This document shows positions 18,309 through 25,715 of a DNA stretch of 44,744 nt, in pieces. Both the position numbers and the translations under genes were made by a program. Every line of letters starts with the position of its first letter. The stretch's first letter is position 1. The stretch comes from a virus, in IMG/VR virus record IMGVR_UViG_3300027834_000011, positions 1 through 44,744 of that record; one strand, written 5' to 3'. The notes below the pieces were generated by a model. The model was not told where the DNA came from and did no database searches. It saw only the letters and a program-made list of their open reading frames with translations.

Positions 18309-18804
18309 CGCTGAATAGATCACCTTGGCCACCAGCGAGTTGATCAGCCTCTTTAAGCATGAAGGCATACACCCCAAGGTCTGTGATTGAGTCCTCATGG
18401 CCACCAGCATCATAGTTGTGGCAGTAACGAGTAAGCTTGACCACAATCAATTCCAATAGGTGGAACCGCATGAAGTCATCATCTGTCTTGAGATTAACTC
18501 CATCAGGGAATAGATTGGCCATGACTGGCCCAACACGCTTATAGTTGTCACCATAGACTGCATTGCGCTCCTGATAAAGTTGCGCTGCTGCACCAAGGTG
18601 GTGACCAGCATTTAAGGGGGAGCCATGAGATTTGTGGATTGCATTCCACTTTGATGGATCAAATTCCTCTGGCCCAATTGGCAAGCACTCAACTTTTGGG
18701 GCATATTGAAGCCCATCCTCAGTTCGCACCCTCTGCTTTGAGTCTGTGTGTTGCACTGTGCTGTCATAATCATGAACCGCCGCATGAAAGGGGTATGAAG
18801 TCAT
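18289..18804 (-). CDS. MazG-like all-alpha NTP-pyrophosphatase-fold protein with an N-terminal fibre-like motif
   Basis: The C-terminal two thirds (QERNAVYGDNYKRVG...FMRFHLLELIVVKLTRY...GGHEDSITDLGVYAFML) resemble the K.DYG...DK..R...DS..DL..Y pattern of MazG/DUF1599-type domains. The N-terminal YAPKVECLPIGPEEFDPSKW matches tail fibre residues 77-96. Confidence 0.5.
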   Translation of the reverse strand: MTSYPFHAAVHDYDSTVQHTDSKQRVRTEDGLQYAPKVECLPIGPEEFDPSKWNAIHKSHGSPLNAGHHLGAAAQLYQERNAVYGDNYKRVGPVMANLFPDGVNLKTDDDFMRFHLLELIVVKLTRYCHNYDAGGHEDSITDLGVYAFMLKEADQLAGGQGDLFSDDERSP

Positions 18805-19292
18805 TATTCATCTCCCTTTTCAATGCGCATGATCAACTTAAGGTCGAAGCCAAACAAGCCCCGGGTGTTGTATATGCGATAGTGATAGCGGCGACCAGTC
18901 TCAAGCAGCTTGGAGTTGGTGTGATCAACCGTTCTAACATCTTGGATGATCTCAAATGGCAAGTTTTCTGGCATCTCATCAACATGCATCCCAATGTGGC
19001 TCATGAATGTTCCAGAGCGCCCAGCCGATTTATGCCAGTTTGGCCCACTCTTATAATCAAGGATTTCAAATTCAATCCCTGACTCATAGTGGAAATACAG
19101 ATCAGCTTCTGTGTTGCCATAATCGCCATGGACCTTTCCGCTAGTGGTGACACTGTCAGTGATCCACTTTGTTAAGTCATAGCCCCCAAGGAAGCACCCA
19201 GCAAAGCTGCTATCCATTTTGGCCAATTCAACCATAACACCATCCACATCATCAGTGGCAATGGCAATTTGTTCAATCTTAAAGTTTATCAT
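18804..19292 (-). CDS. VOC (glyoxalase/dioxygenase-fold) family protein
   Basis: The start is taken at ATG 19292 (MINFKIEQIAIATDDVD...). It has FEILDYKSGPNW and SHIGMHVDE. The assignment is by eye. Confidence 0.45.
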   Translation of the reverse strand: MINFKIEQIAIATDDVDGVMVELAKMDSSFAGCFLGGYDLTKWITDSVTTSGKVHGDYGNTEADLYFHYESGIEFEILDYKSGPNWHKSAGRSGTFMSHIGMHVDEMPENLPFEIIQDVRTVDHTNSKLLETGRRYHYRIYNTRGLFGFDLKLIMRIEKGDE

Positions 19293-19305
19293 GTTAGTTC
19301 CTCTC

Positions 19306-20040
19306 TTAAAGCCCAAATGGGATGATACACCCATGGAAGTATTTGTGGTGGTATTTATCTTGTAAAAGGTGCGCAATGAATTGAGCAAGAGCCTCTGGTG
19401 GTGTCTCTTCACCAATGGCCAAGCCCTTCAATTGGTACTCCTTTGCTTCTTCAAATGTCCAACCGCGCATCTCTGGCACTCGGTTGTCAATGTAATCACT
19501 CATGCCAGTCCCGGATAGCTTGTTGGGAGCAATGCCAAAGACTGTTATCCCATGGCGAGGGAATAGCTCTCTAGCAAGTTGCTTTGTCATGATATCAGCT
19601 GCAGCCTTACTTGCGTTATATGCCAAGGAGGATGTCATTGGCATGTGGGATGCGTTTGATGTGATATTGAGAATTGTCCCGGCTGACTCCTTAAGCCTCT
19701 TCCGAAAGATTTGTGACGTGAAAAGGATTGACATGGCATTGGTATCAAGAAGCCTGTCCCAATCTTTTTGCTCAATGTCCTCTAGGAAGTCAATGCAATT
19801 TACGCCAACACAGTTGATGACAATATCAACCCCGCCAAGGTGCTCAAAGGCGCTTTCAATATCAACCTTTGATCTGACATCACCCATCTTTAGGTGATAG
19901 TGTGAATCACGAATTCTGTCAATTGGCTCTTTGGCATCAAATTTGTCAAATCCATACACTGTGTGTCCATAGCCCAAAAGCTCTTTGCATATTGCTAGGC
20001 CTAATCCGCTTGATGCGCCTGTTACAACTATTCTACTCAT
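19306..20040 (-). CDS. Short-chain dehydrogenase/reductase (classical SDR)
   Basis: ATG 20040. Cofactor motif VVTGASSGLGLA, NCVGV, and catalytic S...YNASKAA (YxxxK). Confidence 0.85.
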   Translation of the reverse strand: MSRIVVTGASSGLGLAICKELLGYGHTVYGFDKFDAKEPIDRIRDSHYHLKMGDVRSKVDIESAFEHLGGVDIVINCVGVNCIDFLEDIEQKDWDRLLDTNAMSILFTSQIFRKRLKESAGTILNITSNASHMPMTSSLAYNASKAAADIMTKQLARELFPRHGITVFGIAPNKLSGTGMSDYIDNRVPEMRGWTFEEAKEYQLKGLAIGEETPPEALAQFIAHLLQDKYHHKYFHGCIIPFGL

Positions 20041-20311
20041 TTCTTGACCCTTCTTTTGTATCAATTTGGGAGGCAAGAAGCTTGAACATCTTAAGCTCAC
20101 AACGCTTGATGCGCCCTTTTGTGTTTTCAATTGCGATGTTTAGACAAGGCTCAATGACATTCAAATAGTTGAAATCAAGCAAGCTGCCATTTACACCAAA
20201 TCTGACCTTCTCATGGGTGGACTTTGAGGCTGTTGGAATTTGTGCATTTTCTAGCCCAGCAAGAGTTTCAACCAAGTTCTGGTGGTGTTCTGTCAATTTT
20301 TCCATGCCCAT
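20033..20311 (-). CDS. Hypothetical protein
   Basis: TGATG coupling at 20311. 92 aa. No motif recognised. Confidence 0.45.
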   Translation of the reverse strand: MGMEKLTEHHQNLVETLAGLENAQIPTASKSTHEKVRFGVNGSLLDFNYLNVIEPCLNIAIENTKGRIKRCELKMFKLLASQIDTKEGSRNE

Positions 20312-20805
20312 CAGTAATCTCCCTTTTGGCATTGGAGGCAAGTGACACCATTATCACGCCACATATCAACAACCCGGTCCCGGTCATCAATGGCTGCAAC
20401 AACAGTGCCAAGCATCCTTATCTCATCAAGCATCTCTTTCTTGACAACATCATCTGAGCGATAGTCCCCATCAGATCGGAAATAAACTCCATGCGGGTTG
20501 ATGCCATACTTAGCAAGCCAATCTAGGGTCTTTTTGACTACCTCTGGTGTGCCCATTCGACCTGTACAGATCATGATGTTGCTGACTTGCTTTAAGCTTG
20601 AGAACAGCTCAACAATGTCCCACTTTGGCTCATCCTTATCGCAAGCTAGATTGAATGCATTCCAGTCAACTTTCTTGCGCTCTTCATCACTGTCACTATA
20701 GCCCCTAATGAAGTGCAAGCGGTGGCTGATATCAGCAAGAGTTCCATCTAAGTCAAAGATGTATATGAATGATCCATCTATTTCTTGAAGTGCTTTTCTA
20801 AACAT
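20311..20805 (-). CDS. HAD-superfamily phosphatase (nucleotidase / PNK-phosphatase-like)
   Basis: Motif I FDLDGTLAD, motif II ICTGR, and a Lys plus acidic motif KKEML...AIDDRDR. Confidence 0.75.
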   Translation of the reverse strand: MFRKALQEIDGSFIYIFDLDGTLADISHRLHFIRGYSDSDEERKKVDWNAFNLACDKDEPKWDIVELFSSLKQVSNIMICTGRMGTPEVVKKTLDWLAKYGINPHGVYFRSDGDYRSDDVVKKEMLDEIRMLGTVVAAIDDRDRVVDMWRDNGVTCLQCQKGDY

Positions 20806-20807
20806 GA

Positions 20808-21536
20808 CTAAGCCTTTCTCAACAAATCAACGTGTTTCAGTTGCTGAATGTAATCCTCTTGAGAGAGCGCTCCAGCCTCAAATGCACCCTTAAGAGCTGC
20901 CTCAAGCTCTGCTGATGCATCTTTCCCTTTAGGGAATAAGAAAGCCTCAGCCCAAGGGTGAACCTCAAAGATGGCCTCAACCATCATGTCAAACACATCT
21001 CTATATTCACTTTGGGTTCTTAGCCCAACCCGGCTCTTTGCCATCTCTGACATTGTTCTCAGGTTGAATTGAGCAATGATGTTGGTGTGGATGTTTGTTG
21101 GCAACACCCCTCTGGCATCTTCTGCTGGAATTCCAATCTCAAGCATGGCATCATAGGCATCTTGGATTTGTGCCATGGAGCGTTGATAAATCGCCAGCGC
21201 ACCACCATGATCAGCAATCTTTTTAGGCACCAAATATCCAAACTTCTCCATCTCCAACATCCGCATTGTCTGTTGAGCATAGGAGCCTGTGCGAGTTCTC
21301 ACAAACTGGTGAGTGAAAGCTCTGGTGACTCCCCGGATTTCAAATGTGTAGTTGACAAACTCCCAAGAAGAGGGGATTGTGTTGGCCATATAGTCCAACT
21401 CCGCTTGCTTCTGTTCTGGGGTCATGTCCTTGATTTTCTGCTCTGTATCTTCACAAAGCTCAAGGCGAGTTGACTTGGTATAAAGCAGCTTGTCCACTGC
21501 ATTATGTGTGGCATCAATTAATCTTACACTAGGCAT
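20808..21536 (-). CDS. thyX: Flavin-dependent thymidylate synthase ThyX with a variant signature
   Basis: WEFVNYTFEIRGVTRAFTHQFVRTRTGSYAQQTMRM aligns to the ThyX block ...hQlvRHR..S....S.R. AEDARGVLPTNIHTNIIAQFNLRTMSEM and QSEYRDV also match. The signature reads RTR..S....T.R instead of RHR..S....S.R. Confidence 0.8.
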   Translation of the reverse strand: MPSVRLIDATHNAVDKLLYTKSTRLELCEDTEQKIKDMTPEQKQAELDYMANTIPSSWEFVNYTFEIRGVTRAFTHQFVRTRTGSYAQQTMRMLEMEKFGYLVPKKIADHGGALAIYQRSMAQIQDAYDAMLEIGIPAEDARGVLPTNIHTNIIAQFNLRTMSEMAKSRVGLRTQSEYRDVFDMMVEAIFEVHPWAEAFLFPKGKDASAELEAALKGAFEAGALSQEDYIQQLKHVDLLRKA

Positions 21537-22116
21537 TGCGCTTCCCCTTAAGGCCAATTTGTTTGTTCAATTCGCCAAATTGCACTGCTGGCAATCCGGG
21601 CTTGGGTGTTTCAGTGACAGTCCCCAAAGCTCTATCAATGGCTGGGATTGCCTCTGGCCAGATATCCTTCAGCGCCTTGACACTTGAAACACTCGCCAGT
21701 GCCACCTCAGTCTTTCTGGTGATTGCCATTTGCTCTTTGGTAAGAACTAAGGCTTTGGCGTATTCCTTCTCAGCCCAAATAGTTGCTGAGTGGTCAACAG
21801 GGAGCTTAAGTGTGTAAGGTGTGTTGTCTGGGAGTGGAATTTTCTCACCAAACTGGACTTGGATTCGTCCGGGATTGCTGCTATATGAGCCAAAAAGGAC
21901 ATATGCACAAGACTTGCTTTCAAGCCAACCTTTAGGCAGAGAATTAATCTTTGCCCAATCAGCTTTTGATATCTGTGCAAGATATACTTTCTTGGCCTTT
22001 TCTGCAATCCTATCATGAATTGCTTGCTCTTTTGCTTGAAGCTCTTTGAGCTTATCACCAATGAGCTCATGCAGGATTGCACTTCTCAAGTTGGCATTTA
22101 ATCGAATAGATGACAT
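21529..22116 (-). CDS. Hypothetical protein in the ThyX neighbourhood
   Basis: ATG 22116 lies 1 nt after the upstream stop, with AAGGAG upstream. 195 aa (MSSIRLNANLRSAILHELIG...). It may belong to a nucleotide-modification-associated family, but I could not verify this. Confidence 0.5.
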   Translation of the reverse strand: MSSIRLNANLRSAILHELIGDKLKELQAKEQAIHDRIAEKAKKVYLAQISKADWAKINSLPKGWLESKSCAYVLFGSYSSNPGRIQVQFGEKIPLPDNTPYTLKLPVDHSATIWAEKEYAKALVLTKEQMAITRKTEVALASVSSVKALKDIWPEAIPAIDRALGTVTETPKPGLPAVQFGELNKQIGLKGKRNA

Positions 22117-22117
22117 G

Positions 22118-23056
22118 TTATTCTCCTTTTGCTTTGAGCATGCGCTCATAGGCTGTTTTGTTATCAATAAATTGGGATATCACTTTGATGTCATTCACAA
22201 CATCATCTAGGAGGATTTGCCTCCAAGTTGCAAAGCGCCCAAGGCTGTAGATGTTGTGTTGTTCAGTCATGGCAATGATAAAGTTTCTGCGCTTCTCTTC
22301 ATCTGCTGGTTGCAGCTTGCCGAATTTCTGGAACTTCAATTCACCCTCTGGTCTTATTGGAATGTCAATGCCAAAGAACTTCTTTAATAGGTGGATGGAA
22401 AGCTCACCAGCAATCTCTGTATCAACCGGGCGCTCAATGAATTCAAGAATGAACTTATTTCCAGTGATGCTTGCGCGATAATATGAGCGAAACTCATCCG
22501 GGAAATACACTGTTTGATAGACATCACACTCAATGGGGATGTCAAAGCTGTATGACCAAATTGGGAGGAAGTCAAAATCAGGCCTTTGATCCTCTGGCCA
22601 GCCAACAATATCCATCAACACAGGCATAGGGAGTGTTGAGATGATTGGTGAGCCATCAGAGGGCTTGAGATTTGTCAAGCCAATTCGATTTCCAAAGCGT
22701 ATATCAGCCCCTCTTGAGCATTGCTCAATAAAATTAGGGGGTGCAATAAATCGCTTTGATGGAGCCAAGTTCACAGAAGAGCGTGAGAGGATTTTCCCTG
22801 TCACCTTTCTTGAGTATCGGTTGTTGGCTTCAATGGTTGTTTCGCTGCACAGCTCATTCTGGATAACAATGCCCTTGATGACATCAACCTCTCTGAATGG
22901 GATGCCTGTGGCCTCAGACACAGCTTGGCTTCTAAAGCGCAATAGGGCTGCATGATTGTTAGGGAGGCTGTCTTGGGCCTCATATACAACAGGCTCATGC
23001 CTACGCAACACACTTGCTGCTAGCAATCCTGCCATCCCTGATCCAAAAATCCTCAT
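22118..23056 (-). CDS. Rossmann-fold flavoprotein-like oxidoreductase
   Basis: N-terminal dinucleotide-binding motif RIFGSGMAGLLAA...VVYEAQ. The C-terminal GRFATWRQILLDDVV is reminiscent of the UDP-galactopyranose mutase / amine-oxidase-type flavoenzyme tail. 312 aa. Confidence 0.55.
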   Translation of the reverse strand: MRIFGSGMAGLLAASVLRRHEPVVYEAQDSLPNNHAALLRFRSQAVSEATGIPFREVDVIKGIVIQNELCSETTIEANNRYSRKVTGKILSRSSVNLAPSKRFIAPPNFIEQCSRGADIRFGNRIGLTNLKPSDGSPIISTLPMPVLMDIVGWPEDQRPDFDFLPIWSYSFDIPIECDVYQTVYFPDEFRSYYRASITGNKFILEFIERPVDTEIAGELSIHLLKKFFGIDIPIRPEGELKFQKFGKLQPADEEKRRNFIIAMTEQHNIYSLGRFATWRQILLDDVVNDIKVISQFIDNKTAYERMLKAKGE

Positions 23057-23301
23057 TGGTCCAACTCCACTTCATTCATGTGGGTCAATTTCAACTTAGG
23101 GAAAGCACAAGTGAATGTAGAGTTGTCCCATGATCTGTAATAATGGATCAAGCGAGTTCCTTTTTCATACAGAAGAGGGAGTTCAGCATAAAAATTTATG
23201 ACAGTTCCGCACTCATCTGTGACTGCTTTCACTACACCCTTGCGCCCATCAATTGTGGAAACTGTATCACCAACTGCCACTCTTTTTAATGCACCATTCA
23301 T
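23053..23301 (-). CDS. Hypothetical protein
   Basis: 82 aa, with an RBS-like AAAGGAATTAAAGGG upstream and ATGA-coupled to the downstream gene. Confidence 0.5.
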   Translation of the reverse strand: MNGALKRVAVGDTVSTIDGRKGVVKAVTDECGTVINFYAELPLLYEKGTRLIHYYRSWDNSTFTCAFPKLKLTHMNEVELDQ

Positions 23302-23327
23302 CCCTTTAATTCCTTTTCTTTCTTTAT

Positions 23328-23552
23328 CTACGCATCAACAAATTTGATGATGCCTTTTTCTGCCCATATTCGCCAATAATCAAGGCGACTTCCCGGTGCT
23401 GCTTTGTACTCTTCATAAGATGCTCCTTCTTCAAGAGCCTCCCAAGCATACCATCCATGGGTCCATTTCATGTGAGGGTTCAAGTCAACTTGCTTAAGCG
23501 CTCTTTTCCCTGCATAAATGGATTTGCGTCCACTGTTCTTATTACCCGCCAT
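23328..23552 (-). CDS. Hypothetical small Trp-rich basic protein
   Basis: 74 aa (MAGNKNSGRKSIYAGKR...WTHGWYAWEAL...DYWRIWAEKG). Confidence 0.5.
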   Translation of the reverse strand: MAGNKNSGRKSIYAGKRALKQVDLNPHMKWTHGWYAWEALEEGASYEEYKAAPGSRLDYWRIWAEKGIIKFVDA

Positions 23553-23635
23553 GTCAATCTCCCTAGTTGTGGCTGGCCCATTCTAATTGGGGGTAAGGCA
23601 AAGGCCAGCCACTTGCTGAGGGTCATCAGCAATTC

Positions 23636-24466
23636 TTACATTGGATCATCATCGTTTTCTTCAACATCACCCTCACTAGAGTGCTCTTGAACTTTGACAT
23701 CACCAGAGGAAATCTGTTCACGGAACTTTTTAGCCTCCATGTAGATTTCGCTGCCACCGGGCAGATCAACTGTGTTATCCGCACCAGCGATTTTCCAACC
23801 AAACCAATCACCAGAAGCATTGCTCTCTGGGGTGGTGGTCATCATATAGGAGCGATAGAACATAGCAGGGTTGAATGTCCCACTGCCATCCGCTTTTTCA
23901 AGGCGAAGTTGATTGATCATTGTATTCCAGCGCTTGGCTTTCTTAAGCTGCGTGCTGGACATTGAGATCACTGCAGGGCTGAATGCGCCAGTTTCTGGAT
24001 CAATAATGAACACAAAGTATTCAGAAGTGGTCACAATATTGGTGCCTTTGCCAGTGCAATCCCGGTTCTTATCATCTTTTGTTGTCCCGTTGAGGACAGA
24101 TGAATCATTACCATGGTCAGCAACAAAGCCACCACCATCTTCACGGAGCTTCCACTCAATGTATGCGCGGCGATAACTAACTGGAACAACCAGCAAGCCA
24201 ACCTCACCATCAATGACAGTGCCGCTCACTGAGTCAAGCACCATGCCTTCTTCAGCGCCATCAATATAGGCATCATCTTTCTTTTTGACTTGAGGTGATA
24301 GGGTTTGAAGAATAGAGAGGCGAGGGATTGTGAAATCATCCTTGTCCATATTCTCCTGACCAGCACCAGCATCATCTTCAAAGTTCACAGCAGAAGTAGC
24401 TACTGCTGTTGATCCCTTCTCTGCTGACTTAACAGCCGTTTTAGTATTCTTCTTCTCAGTTGCCAT
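23636..24466 (-). CDS. Hypothetical protein with an acidic C-terminal tail (possible ssDNA-binding/recombination protein)
   Basis: AAGGAG RBS, 276 aa, a disordered N-terminus, and an acidic tail SSEGDVEENDDDPM as seen in phage SSBs. It lies at the head of the replication arm. The function is not established. Confidence 0.35.
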   Translation of the reverse strand: MATEKKNTKTAVKSAEKGSTAVATSAVNFEDDAGAGQENMDKDDFTIPRLSILQTLSPQVKKKDDAYIDGAEEGMVLDSVSGTVIDGEVGLLVVPVSYRRAYIEWKLREDGGGFVADHGNDSSVLNGTTKDDKNRDCTGKGTNIVTTSEYFVFIIDPETGAFSPAVISMSSTQLKKAKRWNTMINQLRLEKADGSGTFNPAMFYRSYMMTTTPESNASGDWFGWKIAGADNTVDLPGGSEIYMEAKKFREQISSGDVKVQEHSSEGDVEENDDDPM

Positions 24467-24502
24467 GGGAATTATCTCCTTGTTTGGCGTTTCACCAGCA
24501 CA

Positions 24503-25105
24503 CTATCGTGCTTTTGTGATTTTAGCCTTGCGGCCTGTGTAGACTGCGAATGTGTCAAATGGGACATCCTCACCAGCAGCCAATTTCTCACGCACCCAAG
24601 CTGAAAGCGTTTGTGCGTTTACTGATTTGTTGTGATCTGCATCCAAGCCATAAGTTTCAGAGACTTGCGCAATGATATCACCAGCAATGTTTCCACCACC
24701 CTTGCCAACATCAATGACCACTTCATCTTTGATGATTGCACCAGAGCCAGCATCAGTTAGGTATTTGATGCCATCCTCAAAGCGGGTGCGCATCTCTTCT
24801 TGCTTATCTTCATCCCTCTGCTTATTGATATTAAGGAGGGTGGGAAGAGCGGCCTTGATGATTGGCATGATCTTGATTTTTGTCCCATCACTTAGGGAGA
24901 ATTCAGACATGCCAGCAGCATCCATTAGGTCTGGAAGATCAACTGTTTCAATGGCTGAATATTGACCTTCAAGCTCTTTGAGGCTGTCTTTTGCTGTCTT
25001 GATTTTAGTTGCAAGATTGTCCATCTTAGTAGCTGCATCAGAAATCGCTTTGAGGTCTTGTGGGGCAGCACTTTTGCTGTCATCTTCAAAATTTGGGGTA
25101 CTCAT
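24503..25105 (-). CDS. Hypothetical protein with an N-terminal coiled coil
   Basis: 200 aa. A coiled segment (ISDAATKMDNLATKIKTAKDSLKELEGQYS) is followed by a globular part. The family was not recognised. Confidence 0.5.
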   Translation of the reverse strand: MSTPNFEDDSKSAAPQDLKAISDAATKMDNLATKIKTAKDSLKELEGQYSAIETVDLPDLMDAAGMSEFSLSDGTKIKIMPIIKAALPTLLNINKQRDEDKQEEMRTRFEDGIKYLTDAGSGAIIKDEVVIDVGKGGGNIAGDIIAQVSETYGLDADHNKSVNAQTLSAWVREKLAAGEDVPFDTFAVYTGRKAKITKAR

Positions 25106-25123
25106 GTTGAGCCTTTCTTTTCT

Positions 25124-25498
25124 TTAACTATCTGTGCGAAGGGTCAAAGGTACATATTCACCTTTTGATCCATTGCGCTTGCCATCCTCACCAACCATTC
25201 GGTCCCATAGGAGGAAGCGAATTTCAGTGAAGCCATATCCCATCAGCACCATTACACATGCCCAGATTGCAGCCGGGTCACCAGTATTAGGCCAAAGGAG
25301 ATAATCAGTGTGAGGATTGAATGCATCAAGTCTGTCCCTCGCAACACGCATCATGGTGTTAGGGTCAGATGATACTTGCTCATCAGGCTCAAATACGAAT
25401 TCACACTTGCCATACTTAAGAGCAGGTGTCAAATCCGGGGTCCAGCCAACGGCGTTGGCTTTTGGGCGCTGAGAAACATAAACTGTTGATTGTGGCAT
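25124..25498 (-). CDS. Hypothetical protein (first gene of the long leftward operon)
   Basis: 124-aa ORF immediately left of the divergent intergenic region. Confidence 0.5.
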   Translation of the reverse strand: MPQSTVYVSQRPKANAVGWTPDLTPALKYGKCEFVFEPDEQVSSDPNTMMRVARDRLDAFNPHTDYLLWPNTGDPAAIWACVMVLMGYGFTEIRFLLWDRMVGEDGKRNGSKGEYVPLTLRTDS

Positions 25499-25715
25499 TT
25501 CACATCCTTAATTGCGTTAATTTCTTTCCTTGATCTGAACCTGCCTGAAAAATATCCAAAGGGCAAGCTCTTTTTTGATCAGTGCCAATATTGCCTTTTT
25601 TGAAAAGAAAAGCAACAACGGTGATGAGCAAATAAAATCTTGTCTTTTCCTCTAAAAGAAGAGACAACAGAAGCCCCTCTCTCTTGGGGTCAACAAATGC
25701 AAATAAAGGAATATA
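25499..25715. promoter_or_regulatory. Divergent AT-rich intergenic region between the leftward replication operon and the rightward primase gene
   Basis: 217 bp with no ORF, T/A tracts, and a TAAAAT hexamer at 25633-25638. I could not pin down a convincing -35/-10 pair. Confidence 0.4.

Noticed and set aside
16909-23056. 2-aminoadenine (Z-genome) pathway suggested by the MazG-like genes
   Set aside because: No PurZ (adenylosuccinate-synthetase-like, ~340 aa) or HD-domain dATPase candidate is present. The only ~310-aa protein is a Rossmann GxGxxG flavoprotein.
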